Part shown: positions 8,625 to 17,995 of the stretch, piece by piece
Position numbering within the stretch: position 1 is the first letter of the stretch
How the letters are laid out: every line of letters begins with the position of its first letter
Source of the DNA: Planctomycetaceae bacterium
Lineage (GTDB): Bacteria; Planctomycetota; Phycisphaerae; Phycisphaerales; SM1A02
NCBI GenBank assembly: GCA_947480055.1
Contig: CANKBX010000001.1
Location: 1-56,604, forward strand
DNA length: 56,604 nucleotides
Direction of reading: 5' to 3'
Program-made: the position numbers and the translations under genes
The notes under the pieces: generated by a model
The model's input: only the letters and a program-made list of their open reading frames with translations
Told to the model about the DNA's origin: nothing
Database searches by the model: none

Positions 8625-9395
8625 TTAGCGAATTGCGGTGGTTTCGTCACGCAAGGCGCGGTCAAGCGCGGCGCGCGCGATGAAACCAATCACCGCCAAC
8701 GTGGCCATAAAAATGACAACCCCCACAATCACAGCCAAATATCCCTGATTTTTGGCCAGTGTTTGAATATCGGTGGCGCCCGTGGCGGAAGCCGAAGCCG
8801 CAATAAAGCACGCGAACAACGTTCGCGGCGCGATGCCCACGGAAGATCCGATTAAAAATTCTGTCCAGCCCGCGCCGCAAGCCGCAAGCACCAAGTTGGT
8901 CACGGCGAAGGGTCCGCTTGGAGAAAGTCGAATCAAAGCGATGATGCCCGTGGCCTTCCACTTATTTTCCTCAAGAATGGTTTTACGAATAATGCGCCAA
9001 CGCTTGCGCGAGTCAATCCACGTTGCGACATGATCCGAGCACACCAATTTGCTGATGCCAAAACCAATCGTGCTGCCGCCCAAATATCCGGCGGCGCATG
9101 CGGCGAAACCAAGTTCCACACCAAAGACCCAGCCGCCCACGATGGTGGCGGCGTAGGTTGGCAAAATGCCAAGCCCCGTGAGCACCGCGTAGCTTGCCGC
9201 AAATATCGCGGCGGCCTTGAAGTCTTCGCTACCAAGCCATTGGTGCGCGAAGTTGATGTTGGCCAACAAAATCAGTCCGCACGTTAAAGGCAAAACGCAC
9301 CACGCAATAAACAAAACAAAACCTCCGCGCATGCCGCGGGGAAGCGTCTGAAAAAAGTGCTTCCACGCGGGTGGCGGAGGTGATTGCGTTGTCAT
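8625..9395 (-). CDS. VTT/DedA (TVP38) family membrane protein
   Basis: Multiple TM segments with 'GWVFG...G', 'LIRLSP..PF...N', 'FLIGS..G..P'. Confidence 0.82.
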   Translation of the reverse strand: MTTQSPPPPAWKHFFQTLPRGMRGGFVLFIAWCVLPLTCGLILLANINFAHQWLGSEDFKAAAIFAASYAVLTGLGILPTYAATIVGGWVFGVELGFAACAAGYLGGSTIGFGISKLVCSDHVATWIDSRKRWRIIRKTILEENKWKATGIIALIRLSPSGPFAVTNLVLAACGAGWTEFLIGSSVGIAPRTLFACFIAASASATGATDIQTLAKNQGYLAVIVGVVIFMATLAVIGFIARAALDRALRDETTAIR

Positions 9396-9410
9396 TGAAT
9401 TCGTGGGTTT

Positions 9411-10805
9411 TTAAGCCGTAACCGCCACGCGCGCGTCCATGTGGCGAATGATTTCGTGGGCAAATTCGGAGCATTTCACCTTGCGCGCGCCTTCCATCAG
9501 GCGATGGAAATCGTACGTGACGGTGCGCGCGGTAATGGCCGCGTCCATGCCCGCGATGATCATGTCAGCGGCCTCGCTCCAACCCATGTAGCGCAACATC
9601 ATTTCGCCGGACAAAATCACGCTGCCTGGATTCACTTGATCAAGGTTGGCGTACTTCGGCGCGGTGCCGTGCGTGGCTTCAAAGATGGCGTGCCCGGTGA
9701 TCTCATTGATATTGGCGCCTGGCGCGATACCGATACCACCCACTTGCGCGGCGAGCGCGTCGGACAAATAGTCGCCGTTCAAATTCATGGTGGCGATCAC
9801 ATCAAAATCTTTGGCGCGTGTGAGCACTTGTTGCAACGTGATGTCGGCGATGGAATCCTTGATGAGCAACTTGCTCTTCCACTTTCCGCCGCCATGCGTC
9901 GCCGCCAACTTCATGGCCACATCAATCTCGGCGCGAATCTTGCCTTGTTGATCTGGCGTCATCATGTCGTAACCCGGATCGATCATCTTGGCGTTGGCCT
10001 CGGTGGTCAGCGCGGCGTTGGCATCCTTGTTTCCAAAGATCCACGTCTCGCGCTCGCTCACAGTTTCATTGCGGAATTCCTTGGCCGCAAGCGCGTAGGC
10101 CCAATCCTTAAAGGCGCCTTCGGTGAACTTCATGATGTTACCCTTATGCACAATTGTCAGGCTTTTTCGCTTCTCTTTCAGCGCGTACTTGATTGCGCTG
10201 CGAACAAGACGCTCGGTGCCGTCCTTGGAAATTGGCTTGATACCAATGCCGCTGGTTTCTGGGAAACGGATTTTTTTAAACTGCTCTGGAAACGCCAACT
10301 TGAAAGCATCCATAAATTTCTTGGCGTCGGGCGAACCTTCCTTGAATTCAATGCCGGCGTAAATGTCCTCGGTGTTCTCGCGGAAGATCACGGCGTTCAC
10401 ATCTTCTGGCTTCTTCACCGGACTTGGCACGCCCTTGAAGTAACGCACGGGTCGCAAACAAACATAGAGATCAAGTTTTTGACGCAGCGCGACATTCAGA
10501 CTGCTGATGCCGCCACCGATTGGAGTGGTGAGCGGACCCTTGATGCCAACAAGCATGTCGCGGAATGCGGTGAGCGTTTCTTCGGGCAACCATGATCCAG
10601 TTTTGTTGAATGCTTTTTCGCCGGCGAGAACTTCGTGCCAGTGAATCTTGCGCTTGCCGTTGTAGGCTTTTTCAACCGCGGCGTCGAACACCATTTGACT
10701 GGCCTTCCAAATGTCGGGGCCAGTTCCATCGCCCTCAATGAATGGAATGAATGGTTGATCTGGAACTTGAAGTCCGGCGGTGGTCATTTGAATTTTGCTT
10801 GGCAT
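9411..10805 (-). CDS. icd: NADP-dependent isocitrate dehydrogenase
   Basis: '[12 protein letters not shown]', 'IKGPLTTP', 'SLNVALRQ', '[13 protein letters not shown]', '[12 protein letters not shown]', 'NLNGDYLSD', '[11 protein letters not shown]'. Confidence 0.97.
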   Translation of the reverse strand: MPSKIQMTTAGLQVPDQPFIPFIEGDGTGPDIWKASQMVFDAAVEKAYNGKRKIHWHEVLAGEKAFNKTGSWLPEETLTAFRDMLVGIKGPLTTPIGGGISSLNVALRQKLDLYVCLRPVRYFKGVPSPVKKPEDVNAVIFRENTEDIYAGIEFKEGSPDAKKFMDAFKLAFPEQFKKIRFPETSGIGIKPISKDGTERLVRSAIKYALKEKRKSLTIVHKGNIMKFTEGAFKDWAYALAAKEFRNETVSERETWIFGNKDANAALTTEANAKMIDPGYDMMTPDQQGKIRAEIDVAMKLAATHGGGKWKSKLLIKDSIADITLQQVLTRAKDFDVIATMNLNGDYLSDALAAQVGGIGIAPGANINEITGHAIFEATHGTAPKYANLDQVNPGSVILSGEMMLRYMGWSEAADMIIAGMDAAITARTVTYDFHRLMEGARKVKCSEFAHEIIRHMDARVAVTA

Positions 10806-10865
10806 AGGGTTCTCCTTGGAAAGATGAAAAATTGGCTGATTCAGTGATTTACATTACCCGATGAT

Positions 10866-12491
10866 TTATGGATCAGGTGGTGGCTCAAATGGCGGAGGTT
10901 CGACGGGATCTGGCTCTGGAATTGGCTTGACAATAGGAGTGGGCGCTGGAACCGGACTTGAAACAGGATTGGCCTTGGGCGCCGGCTCAACTGGGGAAGG
11001 TTGAGTTTTGGGCGCGGGTTCTGCAGCTGGAATTGGCGCGGGTTCTGCAACTGGTTCTGCAACTGGAATTGGCGCGGGTTCTGCAGCTGGTTCTGCAACT
11101 GGAATTGGCGCGGGTTCTGCAGCTGGTTCTGCAGTTGGCTCTGCAACTGGAGTTGGCGCGGGTTCTGCAATTGGTTGCGCTACAGGAACCGGAGTGGGTT
11201 CTAACAATGGGTCCGAAAGTGGAATCGGTTCTGATTGAACAATTGGTTCCGCTGCTGGAATTGGCGCGGGTTCTACAACTGGTTCTGCAACTGGAATTGG
11301 CGCGACTTCTACAACTGGTTCCGCAACTGGAGTTGGCGCAGTTTTTACAACTGGCGCAAGTCCTGGTTCTATTTCGGGATCCACTACGGGCTGTGAAACT
11401 CCACCTGGCGCGGATTTGATAATTGGTTGCGCAACTGGAATTGGCGCAACTTCAACAACTGGTTCTGCAACTGGAGTTGGCGCAACTTCAACAACTGGTT
11501 CCGCAACTGGAGTTGGCGCAACTTCAACAACTGGTTCCGCAACTGGAATTGGTGCAACTTCTACAACAGGCTCCGCTACTGGAATTGGTGCAACTTCTAC
11601 AACGGGCTCCGCTACTGGCTCCGCTACTGGTTCTACTTCAGGATCTGCTACCGGCTGAGCAACTGGAATTGGCGCAACTTCTACAACTGGCTCCGCAACT
11701 GCAATTGGCGCAACTTCTACAACTGGTTCCGCAACTGGAATTGGCGCGACTTCAACAACTGGTTCCGCAACCGCAATTGGCGCGACTTCTACAACTGGTT
11801 CCGCAACCGCAATTGGCGCAACTTCAACAACTGGTTCCGCAACTGCAATTGGCGCAACTTCAACAACGGGTTCCGCAACTGCAATTGGCGCAACTTGCAA
11901 ATCTTCAAGCGAGACTGGTGGCTCAATAACCGCCGCTTGAGTTGACCGCGGGCTCGCAATCTCAGGAGGCGCATTCGCATCGCTTTGAGAAACTGCCACC
12001 ACTGGAAATGGCTTTGCGTGATCTGGCAATCTGCTCGAATCGGTGGAGGAATACTGGGTAATTGTGGCCTTTTTCTCCAACGGCATTCCACTGAGTCTTC
12101 GTTCCACTTCATCCAAATAATGCCGCGCTTGCAACCAAAAATGCGCGGGAATCACAATGGTGCTTGTGGAAAATTCAACCGATGGCGGAGTTGCGTCGGT
12201 GACCGACGCGCTAAATCTCCACTCAAATTCCTCGCGACGCGGCGGCGATCCCGCCACCATCAAATCGCGGCGCACATCACGTCGGATTTCAATGCGACTC
12301 GCGGCGTCATCGCGCCAGACTTCATTATCAACAACAATCCAATCGGCGTACCGTGGATCCTCCGCCGCTTGCACCATGGCTTTCCAAACTTGATCACGAG
12401 TGTGCCCAGGAAATACACGTTCCTTGGTTCCACACGCGGCAAGCGCGGGAACGCACACAACGCAAAAAATAAAGAAGTTCCAAAGTTTCAT
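10866..12491 (-). CDS. Probable lipoprotein with a long Pro/Glu/Val/Ala repeat tail
   Basis: Start 'MKLWNFFIFCVVCVPALAAC' with lipobox LAAC, a ~140-aa globular domain, then tandem VAEPVVEVAPI[AP]-type repeats. Confidence 0.75.
   Translation of the reverse strand: MKLWNFFIFCVVCVPALAACGTKERVFPGHTRDQVWKAMVQAAEDPRYADWIVVDNEVWRDDAASRIEIRRDVRRDLMVAGSPPRREEFEWRFSASVTDATPPSVEFSTSTIVIPAHFWLQARHYLDEVERRLSGMPLEKKATITQYSSTDSSRLPDHAKPFPVVAVSQSDANAPPEIASPRSTQAAVIEPPVSLEDLQVAPIAVAEPVVEVAPIAVAEPVVEVAPIAVAEPVVEVAPIAVAEPVVEVAPIPVAEPVVEVAPIAVAEPVVEVAPIPVAQPVADPEVEPVAEPVAEPVVEVAPIPVAEPVVEVAPIPVAEPVVEVAPTPVAEPVVEVAPTPVAEPVVEVAPIPVAQPIIKSAPGGVSQPVVDPEIEPGLAPVVKTAPTPVAEPVVEVAPIPVAEPVVEPAPIPAAEPIVQSEPIPLSDPLLEPTPVPVAQPIAEPAPTPVAEPTAEPAAEPAPIPVAEPAAEPAPIPVAEPVAEPAPIPAAEPAPKTQPSPVEPAPKANPVSSPVPAPTPIVKPIPEPDPVEPPPFEPPPDP
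11010..11898 (-). repeat. Coding tandem repeat, 36-bp unit (12 aa)
   Basis: Unit ~ggttccgcaactggaattggcgcaacttcaacaact. Two blocks of 6 and 5 near-identical copies, followed by degenerate copies. Confidence 0.95.
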
Positions 12492-12507
12492 CACATGGGC
12501 CATTCTT

Positions 12508-13230
12508 TTAATCGCGGGACAAATTCGTGTGCACACGTTGCACATCATCATGATCCTCTAAAGCTTCAACCAATTTTTCGATTGTTTGAATTGTTTCTGA
12601 ATCAACGGACACCGTATTCAGTGGAACATATTCGATTCCCGCGCTGACCACAGAAATATTCGCCGCTTCAATCGCCTCGCGCACCACGCCAAATATGGCG
12701 GGAGCGGTGGTGATTTGCCAACCCTCCTCCCCACTTTGTACATCATCGGCCCCGGCCGCCAAGGCGATTTCCATAAGCGCGTCCTCAGTTGAGGCTTGGC
12801 TAGAAATCAGCAGAATTCCCTGCTGAACAAAGCCAAACATGACGCTGTTGGGCACGCCAATTTTGCCGCCATTTTTGTCAAAAATAGTGCGAATTTCAGG
12901 CGCGGTTCGATTGGTGTTTGCCACAAGGGCCTCAACCACAAGGGCAACACCGCCGGGACCAAATCCCTCGTAACGGGTGGGCTCATAGCGCTCGCTTTCC
13001 AGCCCGCCCGCTCCCTTCTTCACGGCCTTTTCGATTGTGTCGCGGGGCATGTTGCCGGCCTTGGCATCCAGAATGGCTAGGCGCAACGAGGAATTAAATT
13101 TTGGATCCACGCCTCCGGTGCGCGCCGCGACAATCACGGCGCGGCTGAGTTTGCTCCAAATTTTTCCACGCTTGGCGTCCACCGCGGCTTTGCGATGCTT
13201 GATGTTTTTCCAAACACTATGACCCGCCAT
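12508..13230 (-). CDS. yebC: YebC/PmpR family protein
   Basis: 'MAGHSVWKNIKHRK...DAKRGK', 'YEGFGPGG', 'LEDHDDVQ.V..N'. Confidence 0.95.
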   Translation of the reverse strand: MAGHSVWKNIKHRKAAVDAKRGKIWSKLSRAVIVAARTGGVDPKFNSSLRLAILDAKAGNMPRDTIEKAVKKGAGGLESERYEPTRYEGFGPGGVALVVEALVANTNRTAPEIRTIFDKNGGKIGVPNSVMFGFVQQGILLISSQASTEDALMEIALAAGADDVQSGEEGWQITTAPAIFGVVREAIEAANISVVSAGIEYVPLNTVSVDSETIQTIEKLVEALEDHDDVQRVHTNLSRD

Positions 13231-16200
13231 TATTTTACCCCTGTGGAAGTTGCGGATCCTTGGCTTGGCGACAAATCTTTCGCAGGCGCTGGAGATGGTT
13301 GTGCGAAATCCATGTCGGCCAATTCAGGCGCTTCGCCTTTGGCTATGGCCTTTAATTTTTTCGCGGCGCGATCGATTGCGGCGCCATCATTGCGATCGTA
13401 AAAAGCGTCGGCGTTCCACGCACGAATTCCCCACTCGCGCTGCTGCAATATCTGAAACGCTTTCACAACATTTTCCCGTGAAGATTTGTTCGCCTCCGAA
13501 TCCTCAATCAAGCGCCATAATTCCACGGCCTTGCCGGTTGCGCCGGTTCGATACAGGGCGTCGGCGTAGTGATCCATGGATTCGGCGGAGGCGCGATCCT
13601 GCGACTGTTCAATCGATTGACGCAGCAAGGAAATTGCGCCCAATTCGCCTGCGGAATCAAGCAATTGTCCTTGTCGATACGCCAACCAACCCGCCGTATC
13701 CAAAGTGCTTGGGTCGTTGGGGGTCATCGCCAGCGCGCGCTTGACCAAATCAATCGTGGCGGAATCAATTTGGTTGTGCTCCATTCGAAGCCACGCCAAG
13801 TTGTTCATCGCGCTGGCGAGATCGGGCGCAAGATAAAGCGCGGATTGAAAACATTCGCTTGCGGCGGCGGCATTGCTGGCCATTAGGAACGCGTTTCCCA
13901 ACTCCGCAAGATCTTCGGCTTGCGTTGTGACGCGCGGATCTTTGATGAGAAATTTATTGATCGACCGCTCTTGCGCAAGCCGCGCGCTCGCCCTTTGCGT
14001 GTTGCCTTGGGCGATGATGCTGGCCAATTCGGCGCGAAAGAGTTGCGCTTGATCTTTGGCCTTGTTCAGCGCGCCCACATCATGAAGCAACGATTCGGCC
14101 TTCATGAACATGCCTTCATCGGCAAGCATTTGCGCGGCTTCAATTGTGGCGGACACGGTCCACGGGCGCGCGAATTTTTTGCTCAGGGCATGGGCTTCAT
14201 CCACAGTTGCATTCAACATGGCATAGGCGAGATACATGGGTTGAACCTGCGCGTCATTTAAAAGTGGCATGGCGAGCGCGGATTGAAGCGCCAAGCGGTC
14301 CTCAATATTTTTTGGCAAGCGATGCGCGAAAGAAATCGCGCTTTGGCGCTGTGTTTTTGATATTCGCGCGTTTTGAGACAAGTTCCGAATCTCTTGCGCC
14401 GCGATGTTTGGATCAAATGAAAGCGCGAACTCAATCCGCTCCAACTGAGATCGGCCCGTGGCATTTTTCACGTGATCCGATGCGTTCATCATCACGCTCC
14501 ATGCCTCCGATGTTTTTCCGGCGGCGATTAAACTTCGCACGCATCCACGAGTCAACGCGTCGGAATCTGGATCACTCGCGGACGCGCTCTTGAGTATTTG
14601 AATCACTTCAAGCAATCGGTCTTGCTGCGCCTTGCAAGAAAGATCCGCTTCACCAAGCTCGGCCACGGCGGGATGCGTCTTGGAAAATGCTTCGAGGAAT
14701 TTTTCCGTTTCAATCAATCGACCAGTATCCACCGCGGCGGACACCAATGCTTGCCCCACCTCGACATCAAGTGGATCCTCCATGAACAGTAAGCGCAGTG
14801 ATTCCAAAGCGACCTCTGATTGACCGCGTCGCTTCGCCTGCAGCGCCTTCTCGCGAAAATATTCACGCCGCACCTGCGCGAACTGGGATGCATTAACAAT
14901 TTCCAACGCATCCTCGTCGGGCGCGATCGAACGATCTGGCACCGCCACTTGCAAATACTTCCGCGCCGGCAATCGATCCGCCGGCGCGTTCTGCATGGCG
15001 CGTTCAAGTGAATTGCGCACTTCAAGCGCGGTTTCGCGCTGTTTTTCAAAATTCCGCGCGGCGGTTTCATCCATGACACGCGACAAATCGATCGCCGCAC
15101 GCACCATCCACGCTGGGGAACTTTTCTTATTCAAAGCGATGGCTTTTTCCACGTGCTCTATGGCTTTTTCAGTTTCACCACATTCAAGAAAAGCCGCAGC
15201 CAGCGCCACCGACTCGTCGCAGGATTTCACGTCGCACAACTTTTCAATGCGCTCCACTTGGGCAAGATCTTGTTCGATCGCCAACGCTTTCAACGCCACG
15301 ATGCGCGACGCGCTTGCGAGTGCGTCTTGGGAATCAATGAACGGCTCAATCGTTCGCAGCGCCAACAGGGAATCAAATCCAACTAGATCAAACCATGCGG
15401 CAAGAAGAGCGCGCGTCGCGTTGTTGGCTGGAGTGTTGTTGGCATTGGGTCTTTGAATGTCGCCACGAAGTTGCTTTGCGCCAATGGGCAAAGCGCGCAA
15501 TGCCGTGGCCCAACGCGACGCGGACATTGGATTTTTTTGTACTTGATCCAAGGCCATGTCAAGAACAACTCCAACACCTTGGCGTGATGCTAGAAATTGC
15601 GTGGCCTCGCTCATGGCGATGGGATCTTCAAGTGCCGCCGACTCCAAGGAAAGTATGGAATCCACGGCGTGAGTGTCGCCAATGGCCAACATGCTGCGCG
15701 CATAGATCACGTCTTCCCTGGATGTGTCTGATTTAAAATCAGCTTGTAATGGCTGCGATAAGCCACTTTTGAACAACCATGTGATCGCCAGTGGCGCTCC
15801 CGCGCGGCCCGGTGAATCGATTTGTGCCAACGTGGTCTTGATCAGTTGCCAGGCTTCATCGGGTTCACCAGAGCAACTCAACGCCCAAACCACCAGCGGT
15901 AAACTTGCTGCGTCGCTGGTGTCGGTCTGTGCCAACGACTGGGAAAATGACGTGGCTGCGTCGCTCCATTGGTCAATGCTGGCTTCGCACTCGCCAGCGA
16001 ATCGCAAAAACTCCTTGGATTGTTTACGCGGAAGTTTTTCTTGATTGGGCAAGGTGTCCAACTCTGTTTCAAATTGAACCGCATCATGAAAGCACGTTGC
16101 TGCGGCGCGCGCGTAACCAAGTTCGCGCAAGGCCAGACCCAAGCCCCCCGCTGTGGCGATGCGCATTTTCAAACGCGAGTCCGTGGGCTCGACCGTCAAC

Positions 16201-16757
16201 CAAATTCTTCGCGCAAGAAATAATTTTTCAGCGGCGGGCAAGAATTTTTTTCCCGCCAGAAAATCAAGCCCGCTCCCAACCAATGCCTCGGCGTCGTTGG
16301 GCTCCAGTGATAGCACTTGGTTCCACGCGCTCAACGCTGTTTCCCGCCGTCCCGCTCCATCAAGTATGCGCCCTATTTCGCGCCACGCCAGTATATTTTT
16401 AGGGTCGGTTCGGACCAATTGCAAAAGCAATTGCATCGCTTGATCGGGTTCGCGTTGGCGCATGTGCGTGCGGGCCTTGGTCAACCACGCGGGATCAGGC
16501 TCGTTTGGCGATGGCGCGGCGCGATCAGTGGACTTGGGCGGGGATATTTTATTTTCAATTTCATCTAGCGATTGCTGCGCGCCCAACGCGTCCGGATGTG
16601 ATTTGATTGCGATGAATGTTGGTGGCGCGAGTGTTTTGTATTTTTCTGAATTTTCTTGCGGCGCTTGAGCGTGGGCCGACTGAGTGGGTGCTTGGAACAT
16701 GGGCGCGCAAATAGCGCAACATGCGAACAAGATCCACACCCAAATCGGACGGTTCAT
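13230..16757 (-). CDS. Large exported TPR-repeat protein
   Basis: Signal peptide followed by TPR-like helices ('AWREIGRIL...G', 'AMNNLAW', 'LDTAGWLAYRQG', 'DHYADALYRTG'). Confidence 0.8.
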   Translation of the reverse strand: MNRPIWVWILFACCAICAPMFQAPTQSAHAQAPQENSEKYKTLAPPTFIAIKSHPDALGAQQSLDEIENKISPPKSTDRAAPSPNEPDPAWLTKARTHMRQREPDQAMQLLLQLVRTDPKNILAWREIGRILDGAGRRETALSAWNQVLSLEPNDAEALVGSGLDFLAGKKFLPAAEKLFLARRIWLTVEPTDSRLKMRIATAGGLGLALRELGYARAAATCFHDAVQFETELDTLPNQEKLPRKQSKEFLRFAGECEASIDQWSDAATSFSQSLAQTDTSDAASLPLVVWALSCSGEPDEAWQLIKTTLAQIDSPGRAGAPLAITWLFKSGLSQPLQADFKSDTSREDVIYARSMLAIGDTHAVDSILSLESAALEDPIAMSEATQFLASRQGVGVVLDMALDQVQKNPMSASRWATALRALPIGAKQLRGDIQRPNANNTPANNATRALLAAWFDLVGFDSLLALRTIEPFIDSQDALASASRIVALKALAIEQDLAQVERIEKLCDVKSCDESVALAAAFLECGETEKAIEHVEKAIALNKKSSPAWMVRAAIDLSRVMDETAARNFEKQRETALEVRNSLERAMQNAPADRLPARKYLQVAVPDRSIAPDEDALEIVNASQFAQVRREYFREKALQAKRRGQSEVALESLRLLFMEDPLDVEVGQALVSAAVDTGRLIETEKFLEAFSKTHPAVAELGEADLSCKAQQDRLLEVIQILKSASASDPDSDALTRGCVRSLIAAGKTSEAWSVMMNASDHVKNATGRSQLERIEFALSFDPNIAAQEIRNLSQNARISKTQRQSAISFAHRLPKNIEDRLALQSALAMPLLNDAQVQPMYLAYAMLNATVDEAHALSKKFARPWTVSATIEAAQMLADEGMFMKAESLLHDVGALNKAKDQAQLFRAELASIIAQGNTQRASARLAQERSINKFLIKDPRVTTQAEDLAELGNAFLMASNAAAASECFQSALYLAPDLASAMNNLAWLRMEHNQIDSATIDLVKRALAMTPNDPSTLDTAGWLAYRQGQLLDSAGELGAISLLRQSIEQSQDRASAESMDHYADALYRTGATGKAVELWRLIEDSEANKSSRENVVKAFQILQQREWGIRAWNADAFYDRNDGAAIDRAAKKLKAIAKGEAPELADMDFAQPSPAPAKDLSPSQGSATSTGVK

Positions 16758-16765
16758 TCATCCAC

Positions 16766-17443
16766 TCACTTGCGAGAAGCACGCTTGGATGGAGAAGCAC
16801 TTGTCTTGCGCGTCGTGCGCCCAACTCGTGCGGGACGCCCCGACACCAAATAGCGGTCGACGGCTTTGCGAATGGCGACATGCGTGGAAACCGCGTCCTC
16901 GGCTCGAACGTGTCGCAACATGAGTTGCGAAATATCCGCCGCTGATCCCGCGGCCGTGAGAATGTCCGACTCCACCAATAGACGAATGGTGGTTCGATCC
17001 ATGGGCACCGCGTGAATATTCAACCCCAGCAAACACACGCGCGCGGCCACAAATGAGGGAATTCCATCTAGATTTTCAATGTAACTCTTGGCGTCGCGCT
17101 TGGGGATGGTCGTGAGATGCTCCAAACTCACCTTGTGCTGGCGCTTGAAAATATCATGCAGAGCCCGGCGCAACAAAACGCAACGATCATGCGCCTCTGG
17201 ATAACGCACGCCAATTGTCTCCACCATTTCCTTCACAAGCGACACACGCAGATCGTTGAAGTCGACCATGTCATGGCGAATGCGCGACATGGCGTGGGCG
17301 GTCTGGTCGCGCGAAGCGTCGGTGAGCAAGAAACTTTCAATCAGCAACTCGATCAAGTCGGTTGGCGGAGTGGGATCCTTCTCCATGTTGGTGCGGACAA
17401 ATTGTGCGAACTTGGTTGTGTAGAGCTCTGGCTTGGCGGTCAT
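16766..17443 (-). CDS. Conserved hypothetical protein, degenerate endonuclease III/HhH-like fold
   Basis: 'DFNDLRVS..KEM', HhH-like 'LDGIPSFVAARV', 'AVPMD'; basic C-terminal tail. Confidence 0.6.
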   Translation of the reverse strand: MTAKPELYTTKFAQFVRTNMEKDPTPPTDLIELLIESFLLTDASRDQTAHAMSRIRHDMVDFNDLRVSLVKEMVETIGVRYPEAHDRCVLLRRALHDIFKRQHKVSLEHLTTIPKRDAKSYIENLDGIPSFVAARVCLLGLNIHAVPMDRTTIRLLVESDILTAAGSAADISQLMLRHVRAEDAVSTHVAIRKAVDRYLVSGRPARVGRTTRKTSASPSKRASRK

Positions 17444-17572
17444 AGTTCCTCGAATTGATTTGAATATTGGGTGCGATAGTGAGAGTGAACGCGAGTCGAA
17501 TTTAAATTTGCTTGAATGCTTTGATTTTGTTTACGTGTTGGACTATTGAAGTTGAAGTGGAATGCGTTGATT

Positions 17573-17995
17573 TCAATCTTGGGCGTGTTCTTCTGGCGCG
17601 GGATCATTGGCTGGACTCTCGCCGCGGGATTGACTGGCCGCGAGCATGGCGGCGTCAAGCGACGCTTGCTTCTTCAGCGAATCATCAAGCTCAAATTCCA
17701 AGCGTGGAAGACGGCGAATTTCGATCTTTTTAATCATGCCCGCTTTTAAACGACCACTGGCGTGGCGCAAGGCGGCGATGGCCAACATGCCACGCTCGCC
17801 AGGCAAAACCGAAATATGAAATCGCACCGTGGAACGGTCCGGGGACATGACGGCGTTCAGAACGCTGATCAAACAACCTTCAACCCGCGGATCGGACAAG
17901 CCCTCGGCTATGGCCGATTGCATGGCGCGACGAAGCGCCGAGGACAATCGTCCAGCGGTGCGCTCATCCGAAGGCTCGTGGGATTGTCGGTTCAT
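17573..17995 (-). CDS. rbfA: Ribosome-binding factor A
   Basis: 'LSDPR', 'MSPD', 'RRLPRLEFELDDSL'; overlaps the infB stop codon. Confidence 0.88.
   Translation of the reverse strand: MNRQSHEPSDERTAGRLSSALRRAMQSAIAEGLSDPRVEGCLISVLNAVMSPDRSTVRFHISVLPGERGMLAIAALRHASGRLKAGMIKKIEIRRLPRLEFELDDSLKKQASLDAAMLAASQSRGESPANDPAPEEHAQD

Noticed and set aside
9441..10595. 384-aa ORF antisense to icd
   Set aside because: Shadow ORF of a codon-biased gene; no recognisable motifs.
11010..11898. 36-bp repeats as a CRISPR array
   Set aside because: The units are contiguous with no unique spacers, stay in frame within a CDS, and there are no cas genes.
10841..11945. Alternative-frame ORFs over the repeat (WNWRNF..., QLELAQ..., GSATG...)
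   Set aside because: They are by-products of a stop-free tandem repeat; only the lipoprotein frame has a signal peptide and a unique domain.
17440..17658. 72-aa ORF between rbfA and the HhH-like gene
   Set aside because: Overlaps rbfA by 86 nt and has AT-rich, spacer-like composition.
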